Positions 19,161-29,057 of a stretch of 64,000 nucleotides of DNA are shown here, one piece after another. Each line of letters begins with the position of its first letter. The first letter of the stretch is position 1. Position numbers and translations under genes: made by a program. The notes below the pieces were generated by a model that saw nothing but the letters and a program-made list of their open reading frames with translations, searched no databases and had not been told where the DNA came from. The DNA comes from an uncultured virus (IMG/VR IMGVR_UViG_3300046329_000127) (taxonomy: Duplodnaviria > Heunggongvirae > Uroviricota > Caudoviricetes). The stretch lies in the IMG/VR virus record IMGVR_UViG_3300046329_000127. One strand, given 5' to 3'.

Positions 19161-19319
19161 ATGGAATTTAAAAACGGCGATCAAGTAAGAGTAGGGTCTA
19201 CATGGGGAACTTTTGTAAAGTATGATGACAAGCACCCACAAAGTTATTGCTTTGTAAAAGTTTGCGCTTCACAACCTTGGGGGAACTGCTGCAAAATCGA
19301 GAACGTATTTCCACGCTGA
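19161..19319 (+). CDS. 52-aa hypothetical protein (not in track)
   Basis: MEFKNGDQVRVGSTWGTFVKY...; AAGGA upstream, hairpin downstream. Confidence 0.55.
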   Translation: MEFKNGDQVRVGSTWGTFVKYDDKHPQSYCFVKVCASQPWGNCCKIENVFPR

Positions 19320-19382
19320 TAAAACTAAAACCACACAAAGAAGCACCCGATCAACTGGCGATCGGGTGCTTCTTTGTGGCAA

Positions 19383-20249
19383 CTAATCTTTCTTGGCAGC
19401 AAAGCTCAAATCATCAGGAAAAGCTTGCTGCAAACCTTTCCAATAAGCATCGGCATCCTTGTCGATCCCATTGTCCTGCTTCCAAGCTTTCCATTTTTTC
19501 CAGTCGCCCCAAGGCAATGCCAAATTTAAAATCTTTGGTACAAATACATCTTTAACTACAGGTTCATAATCATCGTCATCATCGCTATTTGAGACGGTAA
19601 CGGGTGATTCTCCCATGTACTCATCTTTATCCCTAACACTATAATCGATCGCATCAGGGCGCTCAAAATATTGCTTATCTTGAAATTCATTATCTTCCAT
19701 GTGCGCGATCGCCGACTCAGCATAATCCTTAACAGCAGCTTTAACCTTGGCACTGAAACCCGCGATCGCCCTTTCTTCATCATCAAGTCCATCAAGCAAC
19801 TTTTTAACCTTATCAGGATCATCAACCCCAAAAGCTTTCTCTGCATTCAAACCTAAGTTCATCGCAGCGTGGTCGTCATCGGTCAATGTCGTGGCAATGA
19901 TTGACACTTGATTCCAATATAGCGGCGAGTATCTTTCTGCATCTGCTTCACTGATCCCTCGTTGCTGCGCGAATTTCAGTTGTAATGCGAACCAATCAGG
20001 CGATCGCTCAGACAGCCATTTACTAGCAAGTACGCGACCGTGACCATCGACAATCTTGTTTAGCTTTTGGTTATAGGTGATATGCTCGCACCAGCCAAGA
20101 GCGAGTAGTCGCATGGCAAGATCTTCTAAGTCGATTTCAAGACTGTGTTGACGCGCATTGTCTTCATAGAATGCGTTGAGTAGATCTTCTAAGGGTAGAA
20201 AACCTGTTTGGACTTTTGATGATTTGGAGAGAGATGTTATTTCTGGCAT
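19383..20249 (-). CDS. ParB/Srx N-terminal domain protein, paralog 2
   Basis: EDNARQH, IVDGHGRVLA; similar along its length to 16817. Confidence 0.8.
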   Translation of the reverse strand: MPEITSLSKSSKVQTGFLPLEDLLNAFYEDNARQHSLEIDLEDLAMRLLALGWCEHITYNQKLNKIVDGHGRVLASKWLSERSPDWFALQLKFAQQRGISEADAERYSPLYWNQVSIIATTLTDDDHAAMNLGLNAEKAFGVDDPDKVKKLLDGLDDEERAIAGFSAKVKAAVKDYAESAIAHMEDNEFQDKQYFERPDAIDYSVRDKDEYMGESPVTVSNSDDDDDYEPVVKDVFVPKILNLALPWGDWKKWKAWKQDNGIDKDADAYWKGLQQAFPDDLSFAAKKD

Positions 20250-20296
20250 GGTTTTATTTTGGGTTTATCATTTGGAGAAAGTGGGAGCAACGATCG

Positions 20297-21085
20297 CTAA
20301 TCCATATCAATAACCTCAGTATTCACCGATCGCATAGCATTGTTAGCTCTAGCATCAGCAAGTATGCGATCGCATTCTGCAACGGGGAACCCAGAATCGA
20401 CTACGAGTTGTTTGAGCAAACCAACACCGAGTTGAGTCGTGCGTTCATCTTGCATTGATAAAACCTGTGTCAAAAAGTTTTTCATCAGAGACATTTGCGA
20501 ATCCATTTTAGAGATTTGTTCGGCTCTCTCAAGGAGTGCTGTCGCTTGGCTTACTAATGCTCCCCAACTCTTGTCATCGTATCCCATGAGCTTTAATCGT
20601 AGTTTCATCAAATACTCTTCATCGATCTGTCCCTCCTCACACATTAGGGTTGCCATCTCGATCACCTTGCGATCATTCAGAAACCATGCCTGTCGAGTGC
20701 CATTTTGCGCTGACGCATAGCTGTCAATTACAGAGGCGTAGAATGCTGAAACCATTTGGCTGATTAAGTCAACTGGACAATTTTGCCTAACTTGCTCATA
20801 AGTGACTTTTGTTTTGCCTACTAATCTTTCTCCAAGAAGATCGGCTTTTAATTTTCTGGCTCCATTGGTACGGGGCTGACTATTAGCAGCGATTGATGCT
20901 TCTCTAACCCTTTCCTTCCCCTCTGGGGTGGTCGCCCCTTTGTTGTTACCCTTGTGATATTTGCACCTCCCCTCTTTTGGGTGATCAGTACCAAAGCCTT
21001 TTATGTTGGTGCATGGTTCCCCGTTTTTTTTAGCTGCCCCGCAATGAATTTCGGGATTGTATTCGATTTTCTCGCCTTTCCTCAC
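20297..21085 (-). CDS. Putative terminase small subunit (HGGxSTG-like Zn motif)
   Basis: CGAAKKNGEPC...GRCKYHKG...GATTPEGK; upstream of ParB genes. Confidence 0.6.
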   Translation of the reverse strand: MRKGEKIEYNPEIHCGAAKKNGEPCTNIKGFGTDHPKEGRCKYHKGNNKGATTPEGKERVREASIAANSQPRTNGARKLKADLLGERLVGKTKVTYEQVRQNCPVDLISQMVSAFYASVIDSYASAQNGTRQAWFLNDRKVIEMATLMCEEGQIDEEYLMKLRLKLMGYDDKSWGALVSQATALLERAEQISKMDSQMSLMKNFLTQVLSMQDERTTQLGVGLLKQLVVDSGFPVAECDRILADARANNAMRSVNTEVIDMD

Positions 21086-21089
21086 TTAC

Positions 21090-21272
21090 AACACCTGCAA
21101 AACACCTGCGAAAGCTTTATATAAAGGTAATCTTAGCCTATTCTATCGCACCTGCAATACCTGCAACACCTCAAAAAGCCTTGATTCCTTGCTACCTGTT
21201 TCAAACAGCTAAGTCAAAATCCTTACTGTGTATAGGTTTTCGCAGGTGTTTTGCAGGTGTTTTGCAGGTGTT
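21090..21272. repeat. Cluster of ACCTGC-core repeats in inverted arrangement
   Basis: AACACCTGC(A/G)A at 21090 and 21101, cores at 21149 and 21158, three inverted copies at 21240-21272. Confidence 0.8.
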
Positions 21273-21438
21273 CATGTTACAATGCCCAAAAACCCACAAA
21301 CAAAAATAACCAGCTTCAAATTACTGAAACTGGTTATTTTTGAGTTATATTAGATTCACCGCTAATCAGCTTTGAGCTTCATACCCTCAAAGCTGACTTA
21401 CTCGAAAGGGCGCGGAGTCCAAGTGTAAACGCACTCGA

Positions 21439-22356
21439 ATGACAGAATTATACCATTTTCCCGTAAAAATATACACAGCGATCGCGCAAAGTTCTGCACC
21501 TTTTTCTGTAAAGGCTGTATGGCATACTGCGCGGTCTTTTGATGTAAATCTTGGCAAAGGTAAAGGGTATGTAACACTGAATATCATTCGTTTGGCAGAG
21601 GCATTGGACAGATCAATCGCCACAATTAAGAACATATTGCGCTTGGCTGTGAAGCTAGGCTTTTTTTATGCGATCCGATGGGATGGCGAAAATGTGCATA
21701 TTTCTTATGTGGGCATCGAAAAGCTTTGTTACCAACTAGGAATAACTCACCTTGGCTCAATATTTGAGGAGTGGAGTGATCAGCTTAGCCAAAAGCTAAG
21801 GGTATCAGTCACCCGACACACTTTAGCCGCCAAGCAAAGGCATTCTCGTTATTTGGCTGACAAAGAAATAAAGGAACAGGATTTAACATTAACGCGATCG
21901 CCCGAACAAATCTTTGATGATGCTGGCTCTGTTATACGCTTGGGGTCTAAAAGCATCGTTGAAAAGTGCGGACATTCGTTATATGTAAATTCATGCTTCC
22001 GAGCCTATGGCGCGTCTCAAAGGACTGTTGCCAATATTATCAAGCGCACCCCGCAAACTCTCCGCAAGCACCTGAAATCTATTAAAGGATTAGAGCCAGT
22101 GCGATCGCTGCAAATATTTCAGCATAGCAATGAAAATAATCCAGAGTTAGATAAATTCTTACAGTTGGAGACAGCTTTAGGTAGTTGCTATTACAGGAAG
22201 AAAAACGGGCGGAATTTTAAAGCCTTGACCAATTTGTACGATCTAGATGGCTACTATCTATTTTCTCAGAGTTGGCTCAGGAAAAGGATTTTAAAATATT
22301 CACGCAAAAAAAAGGAGCCGAATTTTTTTGCTTCCCTTGGGGTTGCTTCTCCTTAG
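21439..22356 (+). CDS. HTH DNA-binding protein (possible Rep or regulator)
   Basis: LAEALDRSIATIKNIL and SQRTVANIIKRTPQTLRKHL helices. Confidence 0.55.
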   Translation: MTELYHFPVKIYTAIAQSSAPFSVKAVWHTARSFDVNLGKGKGYVTLNIIRLAEALDRSIATIKNILRLAVKLGFFYAIRWDGENVHISYVGIEKLCYQLGITHLGSIFEEWSDQLSQKLRVSVTRHTLAAKQRHSRYLADKEIKEQDLTLTRSPEQIFDDAGSVIRLGSKSIVEKCGHSLYVNSCFRAYGASQRTVANIIKRTPQTLRKHLKSIKGLEPVRSLQIFQHSNENNPELDKFLQLETALGSCYYRKKNGRNFKALTNLYDLDGYYLFSQSWLRKRILKYSRKKKEPNFFASLGVASP

Positions 22357-22512
22357 CTTGGTTTTGTTTACTTCCCTGCTATGGGGCGTAATAGGAAACT
22401 ACTTTTTATCACTTACAAAAGATCGCCCAAACCGCGATCCCTTTGCCATGTTTACTCATTTACAGAAAGTGGTACAATTAGCTATAGAAGCAGATAACAG
22501 GAAACAAAACCC

Positions 22513-22806
22513 ATGAGAGAATCCCCACTAATAGGAAGACTTAGATTTAAGTCCAGTCGCATCGTTAAAGGACGTAAAGACTATGAGTGCTGTGAATGTA
22601 ACGCGATACTTGGTAAAGGCTCTCAGCATCAACATACTAAGGGTATGTGGGGTTTCTCAGAATTGGAGTATCGAACTTGCTTAGATTGTGTTGATCACTG
22701 GGACAACCTAAAAGCCAATCATCCCAACTTCGATTTCGCACCATTCATAGACGGGGACTTAGAAGAAGCGATCGCCTATCTCGACTCTCTACAAATGGCT
22801 TGTTAG
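22513..22806 (+). CDS. Zn-binding hypothetical phage protein
   Basis: CCEC and CLDC. Confidence 0.65.
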   Translation: MRESPLIGRLRFKSSRIVKGRKDYECCECNAILGKGSQHQHTKGMWGFSELEYRTCLDCVDHWDNLKANHPNFDFAPFIDGDLEEAIAYLDSLQMAC

Positions 22807-22838
22807 GCGATCGCATTTCCAACTACCGATAACAATCC

Positions 22839-23177
22839 ATGCCTAAATACCGCCCGCCGATCGCCACACCATCTGAACTCAAACTAATAAAAGCCCTAAT
22901 CAAACATGGCTTCAGAGTCCAGAGCAATGTCGAACTACACGGCTACTATCCAGATATTCACATCGTTGGCACGAATATACTTTTAGAGATCGATGGTAAA
23001 GTTCATTCACTTCCAGAGGTGCATGAGCGAGATAAACAACGATCTAAGCATCTTAGGAAGCATGGTTACAAAATCATGCGATTCACCAATTATCAGGTAA
23101 ACAAGGACTGCGAAAAGATTGTGGCAAAAGTGTGTGACGAGATATTGAAGCAGCAACAAAAGCGTAAAAAAATTTGA
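22839..23177 (+). CDS. DUF559/Vsr-like endonuclease
   Basis: TPSE, YYPD, LLEIDGKVH, DKQR, GYKIMRFTN. Confidence 0.85.
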   Translation: MPKYRPPIATPSELKLIKALIKHGFRVQSNVELHGYYPDIHIVGTNILLEIDGKVHSLPEVHERDKQRSKHLRKHGYKIMRFTNYQVNKDCEKIVAKVCDEILKQQQKRKKI

Positions 23178-23314
23178 TTGCTGTTTACCAATTACAGAAA
23201 CTAAAAAGGCGATCGCATGAACAGCGATCGCCTTTTTAGTTGCACCCTTTTTTCCCTTTCTTGCCCTTTTTCTCCATCATCTCCATCGAAGGAGACTCAA
23301 TCGGATCTTCAGGT

Positions 23315-23665
23315 TTAGGTCTTGTCAGTTTCGCCATTAACTTCGCTTTCATCTTTGGATTCATTTTCATGATAGTTAAAGCTTCTGATATTTTCCATCT
23401 CAATTATTGCAGTATATATCTTAGAATCGATCGCGATCGCCACAAAACCAACACTCAGCACAACCAACACAGGCTCGACATAGGGGCGCAAAATCAGCGC
23501 TAAAACCGCACATTCAACACTTTGGCAGTAAACACACCTAACCAGTTCAGACAAAGGCGTGGTGAGCAAAAAGTCGCGGATAAAGGCTGTTTTCTTGTAC
23601 TCGAATATGAGTTGCCTTAATCCGAGGGCGTAGAGTGCGACTAGAGCAAAATCAGGCAGTGACAT
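23315..23665 (-). CDS. DUF1360-like membrane protein
   Basis: ELVRCVYCQSV between hydrophobic helices. Confidence 0.55.
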   Translation of the reverse strand: MSLPDFALVALYALGLRQLIFEYKKTAFIRDFLLTTPLSELVRCVYCQSVECAVLALILRPYVEPVLVVLSVGFVAIAIDSKIYTAIIEMENIRSFNYHENESKDESEVNGETDKT

Positions 23666-24003
23666 AGTTTTCCGCGATCGCCTCAGTAAACACTGCCCAA
23701 TGGTCAAAGGTAATATTTCTTACCTTGCGAGTGTTGCCAGTAGTATCAACCCTTTGGATACTGATGTATGGCTTATCGGTTTCATAGGCGAGAATTACAA
23801 ACTCGCGATCGCTGATTTGAACGGGGTAAACAGCAGAGTTTTTGATGATTGAGATCTTGCTTGATAGATGCTCAAATTGTCGTAAGGTTAGGGGGATAGA
23901 GCCTTGGTAGTCGTCTTTGATTAGTACTGGCTGCGATCGGTCTTTTTCGTTGAATACGATGCTTGGACAGCATTGATTGTTGCAATATGCGATTATTTCC
24001 ATT
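23652..24003 (-). CDS. Hypothetical protein (start MEIIAY)
   Basis: Promoter motif at 24063-24085 argues for the internal ATG. Confidence 0.55.
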
Positions 24004-24109
24004 TTTTTAGTGGTAAGGGGTGGTGAGGCGATCGCCTTTTCAAAAACTGCGATCGCTACAACTATTTTACCATTTTCCGAAACTGACAATACAAGCCAAG
24101 CCACAGGTA

Positions 24110-24310
24110 TTACGATTTTAGCGGCTCCTTCAGTTCAGAACTTGACTCGCCATAGGTAAAGGGATACCAAAGCCCTTTAAACTGAGCTTCGCCTTGGTAT
24201 TCCTTCTTGCCTTTGTTGAATTGTAAATTTCTGATTTCACAGTCTTTAGGCAAATCCAACGTTTCCATAATATCCGCCTTGAGTGCCGAGATCGCCTGTT
24301 GAGTTTTCAA
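24110..24310 (-). CDS. Hypothetical protein
   Basis: ORF in operon context. Confidence 0.5.
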   Translation of the reverse strand: MKTQQAISALKADIMETLDLPKDCEIRNLQFNKGKKEYQGEAQFKGLWYPFTYGESSSELKEPLKS

Positions 24311-24890
24311 AATCTTTCCTCGTTGATTTTAAATATTTTTTAACCTTGCGGAGTTGGGTATTGGAGAACTTGCCAGCCGCCGCGCCACCAGCTAGTGATC
24401 CAGCCGTACCAGCCAACCCAGATTTGGCGATCAGATTTATCCCATCGCCAACAGCTTTCCTTGAAAGAACATTGATAAATTCTTTCTCCAACTGTAGCTG
24501 AAATTTTGGGCTTTTCAAGTCGGAAATAAACTTTGCACCAGCTTCTTTTGCGATCGCCATGAAGTTGTCTCCATTGCCAATATTTTGTTTGGCTTTGGCT
24601 TCTTGGACTCGGCTATGCAGCTTCTTTCCGATAGTGGCGATCGTTGCACCAACTGCTGCACCAACCGCATTGCCAACAACACCACCCGCAGCACCGCCGA
24701 TCGCCCCACCAACGCTTGACGCGGCTGTGGTCGCAAACCGTGATGCTAATTGCGATTTAATTGTTGCTTTATACTCTGGCGATCCTTTTGGCATAAACTT
24801 ACCTCCCATTGGATGCCCCTTTGGGTATCTGGGATGTAAATTCGCCACAAATCTACCGATTTTAGCCCTAGCTGTTCTTGATATATTCAT
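24246..24890 (-). CDS. Basic glycine-zipper protein with HPRYPKG motif
   Basis: LHPRYPKGHPMGGKFMPKGS then GGAIGGAAGG; ATG coupled to upstream stop. Confidence 0.7.
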   Translation of the reverse strand: MNISRTARAKIGRFVANLHPRYPKGHPMGGKFMPKGSPEYKATIKSQLASRFATTAASSVGGAIGGAAGGVVGNAVGAAVGATIATIGKKLHSRVQEAKAKQNIGNGDNFMAIAKEAGAKFISDLKSPKFQLQLEKEFINVLSRKAVGDGINLIAKSGLAGTAGSLAGGAAAGKFSNTQLRKVKKYLKSTRKDFENSTGDLGTQGGYYGNVGFA

Positions 24891-25267
24891 CAACCTAAAG
24901 GAGTCTGACAACTCCCCCCTCCTGCGCGAATCATGATACCCGTATAAGCATAGAGAGCTTTGTAGATAGCTTTCATATTGCGTTGCCACTGAAACGAATA
25001 ACCATCTTTTTCGATGGGACTCCGATCTAGATCAAAATTTGAGTACTCAGCTAAGATCGCTGATACCCTCGTACTGCTAATCACATTAGTATCTAGTTGC
25101 GCGATCGCCAATTCCAATCTTTGGCGAATCGAATTGTTACCGCCCGTAGGCAATGGGAATCCAGTGGGATAGCCTGTATTGTCACCAGCAATTACCACAT
25201 CCCCAACTGGCGGTACTTCGTAAATCTCGCGCAAGATTCCTTTTTCTTCATCTGTTAGCAGCGCCAT
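24890..25267 (-). CDS. Putative head-tail connector / virion protein
   Basis: Size, context, leader motif upstream. Confidence 0.45.
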   Translation of the reverse strand: MALLTDEEKGILREIYEVPPVGDVVIAGDNTGYPTGFPLPTGGNNSIRQRLELAIAQLDTNVISSTRVSAILAEYSNFDLDRSPIEKDGYSFQWQRNMKAIYKALYAYTGIMIRAGGGSCQTPLG

Positions 25268-25365
25268 ATTGAGATTTCTATATTTTTCTCCCCCACAAAA
25301 GGCACTCGCTGTAATACGACAAAACGATTCTACACTACTTTATTCCTTTTTTAATTAGCCTTATG

Positions 25366-25605
25366 CTACAAGCCCTTCAAATTAAAGCCAGTGTCACCAA
25401 TATTATTAACAGATTTCTCTAGCACAGATAGCCTAAAAGCATTAGACACATAATGAACTTGCGATGTGTCTTCTATGGCTCGTAACCTTGTCGCGATCGC
25501 ATTAATATCTTTGCGGGCATGATTCAGTAAAGCAAAAAATTTACCCGCTAAGTAAAAGATAATAGCAAACTCAACCAAAGACAAAATAGAAAGAACAATT
25601 ATCAT
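25366..25605 (-). CDS. Small membrane-anchored coiled-coil protein
   Basis: N-terminal TM segment. Confidence 0.55.
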   Translation of the reverse strand: MIIVLSILSLVEFAIIFYLAGKFFALLNHARKDINAIATRLRAIEDTSQVHYVSNAFRLSVLEKSVNNIGDTGFNLKGL

Positions 25606-26033
25606 AATTTTGCTTTTATTAGTTCTATTACTTTTTCCAAAGCCTGTGCCGTTTTTTGGTTTTCTTCATTGCATCTATCGATTAATCGCGATAATTCAAG
25701 GCGATCATTTCTTTGGTTTTCCATCATGTTAGCAACAAATATTTCTTGTTGCTTCATCATCGTAGTAGCAATATCTTGAGAGCGCTGGTTTTGAGATTCT
25801 TGTGCCTTTAACTCAATCTCAGATCGCCTGCCAATGTTTGCAATGTAGCTCTTAAAGCCATTGACTAGTAGCATCCCTAACGATAACGAAATCGATGCCA
25901 CTACTCCATAAGTCGCAATCGGATCGGTGGGCGGTACTGGTATTGGTGCGGGGTTTGGCTGCTGTATTGTTTGAGCGATCACCTCTTGTGTTGGTATTAT
26001 TTTTGGCAGTGGCGATCGCAAAAACAAAAACAT
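25602..26033 (-). CDS. Single-TM coiled-coil protein (possibly holin-like)
   Basis: One TM then coiled coil. Confidence 0.5.
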   Translation of the reverse strand: MFLFLRSPLPKIIPTQEVIAQTIQQPNPAPIPVPPTDPIATYGVVASISLSLGMLLVNGFKSYIANIGRRSEIELKAQESQNQRSQDIATTMMKQQEIFVANMMENQRNDRLELSRLIDRCNEENQKTAQALEKVIELIKAKL

Positions 26034-26043
26034 AAAAACACCC

Positions 26044-26466
26044 CTATACTAAACTCAATGCCAATGTAATTATCGCATCAGTATCAAGCCCTAGCTGGTC
26101 TTTGATAGCAATTACTAAAAGATGGTCTTCTTGGATTTCAGTGGCGTATTCCCACTCGATTTGTGCCGCTCTCTCTAAACTTTGGATAGCAGCTTCGATG
26201 TCATCCAATAAGTCTAGCTGTAATAATGCTAAGCGCAACCTACGATTATCAATTTGTCTGGGTGTAGGTGGTATGGGAACGGGGTCTGCTATAACTACAA
26301 TGTTATCCTTACCCGCTTCATAAACTGCCACTAATACTGATAGCGTTGGCTCTGTAATGCCTGTAAAATCAGGGGCGTTGTTAACCCAAGGTACAGGCGT
26401 AATACAAGGGCTTGCAGGGTCGTTTGATGCACTTTCGATAAAGATTGTTGTTGAGTTGCGGTTCAT
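26044..26466 (-). CDS. Phage fibre-associated / assembly protein
   Basis: RRLRLALLQLDLL...AQIEWEYA motif often seen next to tail fibres. Confidence 0.55.
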   Translation of the reverse strand: MNRNSTTIFIESASNDPASPCITPVPWVNNAPDFTGITEPTLSVLVAVYEAGKDNIVVIADPVPIPPTPRQIDNRRLRLALLQLDLLDDIEAAIQSLERAAQIEWEYATEIQEDHLLVIAIKDQLGLDTDAIITLALSLV

Positions 26467-27014
26467 AAAACCCTCCTACAGATTAAAGACACTGAAAAAC
26501 GGCGAAACCCGCCCGCCGCGCCAATTTTGTCAACGTACCAGTCGAAATGAGTTGCATTTAAGACTAAAACATTCACGGGAAAACTATAATAGTAATTACT
26601 AAGATCAAGGTCAGTAATAGACTTTGAAATACCCCAAAAAGGGCCTGTAGCGGTACTTACATGAAAAGTAAAAGTCCAATAATTTGTACTATCTTGAGGA
26701 CTGTTAGCGATCGCCCCACTAACGACTGCCGTTTCTATAAAAACATTAGGGTAAAAAGCCCCCTCCGCAAACTGATGTTGAGTGACATTCGGCGGGTTAA
26801 TAGGTGAACTACCTGTTTGCACATGTTGCTGATCAGACAGCCAATAAGTGCCATTCCAGAAGCCATCTACGCCAGTGCTAGGGTTATACCACTTATCACC
26901 CACGACAAGTGCAGAGCCATTGATTCGTGCTGTTGGTTTTGTGCTTGTATAGAAGTTGGCAACGCCGTTGATCAGAGTGCCGTTAGCTAATGGATTATTT
27001 AAGTTAATAATCAT
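26463..27014 (-). CDS. Putative virion fibre protein
   Basis: GDKWYNPSTG..FWNGTYW motif. Confidence 0.55.
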   Translation of the reverse strand: MIINLNNPLANGTLINGVANFYTSTKPTARINGSALVVGDKWYNPSTGVDGFWNGTYWLSDQQHVQTGSSPINPPNVTQHQFAEGAFYPNVFIETAVVSGAIANSPQDSTNYWTFTFHVSTATGPFWGISKSITDLDLSNYYYSFPVNVLVLNATHFDWYVDKIGAAGGFRRFSVSLICRRVL

Positions 27015-27751
27015 AGGCTCACTAGCTCCATATTTACTGAACCAAACACCCGCGCATTTGCGGTGTTATCAGTCTTTGCTGACATCTTCAAAGTTTGACC
27101 GACATCTAAGCGCAAACCTTCAGCTTTTATCTCTCCATTAGTTCCTGATGCTAACTTGGTAATACCTTCATAAAGATATTGCGAGATTGTCGCACCATTG
27201 AATGGGTCACGAGTCACCCTTGGAACAACCTCAATTGATTGCCCTTGCACTGATACACAAATAGTTTTTACGTTGATGTAAAAGCCAATAGGACAAGTAA
27301 TCCGTCCTGACCGTGAACGATTACCACCTGCTTCTATCTGTTCATAAATTGTGGTAGGTGTGCCAACTTTCCGTAAGTTGATACTACCGACAGAGACAAG
27401 GTTAGTACCGCCTGTAAGGGCATACATTGAGATAATCGCATTAGCAGTTATGCCAGTCAAAGGAACTGCGGTAGTGCCATTCATGGTTACTGTCGTACGG
27501 GTTAGTACGTTGCTTGCGTTTAGGTAAACGACAGACACTGTTTGAGTGCCAATACCCGCCACACCATCGCTAGCTGATGTACTGATAACCTCTAAAGCAT
27601 CTGCCGTGGTTACTTGGAAAAACACCGTTTGTGTGGTTAAACATTCGCTGCAATCATGCCAGTCATTTGTATTTTGGAACGTAGCATTCCGTTCAAAAGG
27701 AACGCTCCAATGCGTTGTTTCACGGGTTGGGGTGTAATTATTAATATCCAT
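27011..27751 (-). CDS. Putative virion structural protein
   Basis: T/G/V-rich beta composition; VISTSASD...GTQTV. Confidence 0.6.
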   Translation of the reverse strand: MDINNYTPTRETTHWSVPFERNATFQNTNDWHDCSECLTTQTVFFQVTTADALEVISTSASDGVAGIGTQTVSVVYLNASNVLTRTTVTMNGTTAVPLTGITANAIISMYALTGGTNLVSVGSINLRKVGTPTTIYEQIEAGGNRSRSGRITCPIGFYINVKTICVSVQGQSIEVVPRVTRDPFNGATISQYLYEGITKLASGTNGEIKAEGLRLDVGQTLKMSAKTDNTANARVFGSVNMELVSL

Positions 27752-28638
27752 TATGTCACCTCAGTAATTCTTGCAAAGCCGTTGGCAGTAGTCCAAACGC
27801 CTCTGATTTCACCGCTATAGTCCGAACCTTTTAAAGTAACCACGGTGGGTACTCCATTAAGCGCGGGTGCTAAAGCCATTGAAAAATTGCTAGTGCTAGC
27901 AGCGCTTGCGTTGAGGACGATATATAAAATCGAGCTTGAGGCATTGGCAATAATCGCAGTTTGACGATTATTATTTGCGGCTAGCAATGTCACTGAAGAT
28001 GCACTACTAGCCACGTTTGTGATGGTAGAAAGCGCCGCGTAAGATTGATTGACAGATAAGGACAAGCTCGGCGGCTCGATGCCAACAGCGTTCGTGATTG
28101 CTGTTACTTCAACCAATCCATTACCGCCGTCTAGCCCCGCGCTTAATCTGACAATCGCGTTAATTGTTGCGCCCGTGCCACCCGCTTCAGACACAAACAG
28201 CAATCGCACAAACTGAAAGCTACCTTCAAATATGAAGCCATAAGTGCCACTGATAGTTAGAGTTGTGTCTGCGCCCGCAATACTAGCATTTAGCCAGTTA
28301 CTACCATCGTTAGATACTTCCGCTCTAACAGTGACTGATGTACTACCATTTAGCGCCACGGTATAGGCAATTGAAAATTGGCTATACCCAGCCATTGAAC
28401 GCGATGCCGTGGCTGTATTCGCCGCAGTTAGCTGTGCTTCAGTGAATTGCACTTGTGGCAAAGATATTGCTACTAAGTTATCACTAGCGATCGCCACACG
28501 CTGGGTAGTTGCAGTTGTCACACCCGCGCCATATTCGACTGCGGTATTTGCGGCTGCTGATGTTCTTAGTCCGCCACTAACAGGGTCAAAAACAGAATCA
28601 AATATTTCACGCAATCGCGCAATATTTAAACCCGACAT
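27751..28638 (-). CDS. Putative virion structural protein
   Basis: A/T/S-rich; LLAANNNRQTAIIAN. Confidence 0.6.
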   Translation of the reverse strand: MSGLNIARLREIFDSVFDPVSGGLRTSAAANTAVEYGAGVTTATTQRVAIASDNLVAISLPQVQFTEAQLTAANTATASRSMAGYSQFSIAYTVALNGSTSVTVRAEVSNDGSNWLNASIAGADTTLTISGTYGFIFEGSFQFVRLLFVSEAGGTGATINAIVRLSAGLDGGNGLVEVTAITNAVGIEPPSLSLSVNQSYAALSTITNVASSASSVTLLAANNNRQTAIIANASSSILYIVLNASAASTSNFSMALAPALNGVPTVVTLKGSDYSGEIRGVWTTANGFARITEVT

Positions 28639-28641
28639 AGC

Positions 28642-28992
28642 CTAACCCTCCATTGATGCGGAATCGCTAGAAATAGTGATTTGACCTCGTAAATCAAGCC
28701 AGTTAATATCAGGGATTTTGTTGATAAGATCAGGCAGGTCTTTGTATGGTCTAGCTGCAATGATTTTTTTTGCGATCGCCACACCAATTAGAGGGAGGGC
28801 TTGCAATTCCTTGATCGAAGCAGTATTGATATCCGTTGAACCTGTTAGCTCAGTCAAAGCTGCCAGTGGTGAGGCGATCGCGCTTTCTGGTTGATTTGGA
28901 GGAGCAGTAGAATAGCCTTGTCGCAAGTAATCGGCAATATAAGAGCCAAAAGCCTGTACGGACTGTCCATCGATAGAGTATAAAATTGACAT
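28642..28992 (-). CDS. Helix-hairpin-helix (ComEA-like) protein
   Basis: DINTASIKELQALPLIGVAIAKKIIAARPY. Confidence 0.8.
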   Translation of the reverse strand: MSILYSIDGQSVQAFGSYIADYLRQGYSTAPPNQPESAIASPLAALTELTGSTDINTASIKELQALPLIGVAIAKKIIAARPYKDLPDLINKIPDINWLDLRGQITISSDSASMEG

Positions 28993-29057
28993 TGTTTTTA
29001 CCAAGAAATTACTAAAAAGGATAGCAAACGCATTTGTGTTTGCTATCCTCATGAACT

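Noticed and set aside
16817..20249. parABS partition system
   Set aside because: No ParA recognised in the window; the ParB-N genes sit with terS as in packaging-associated loci
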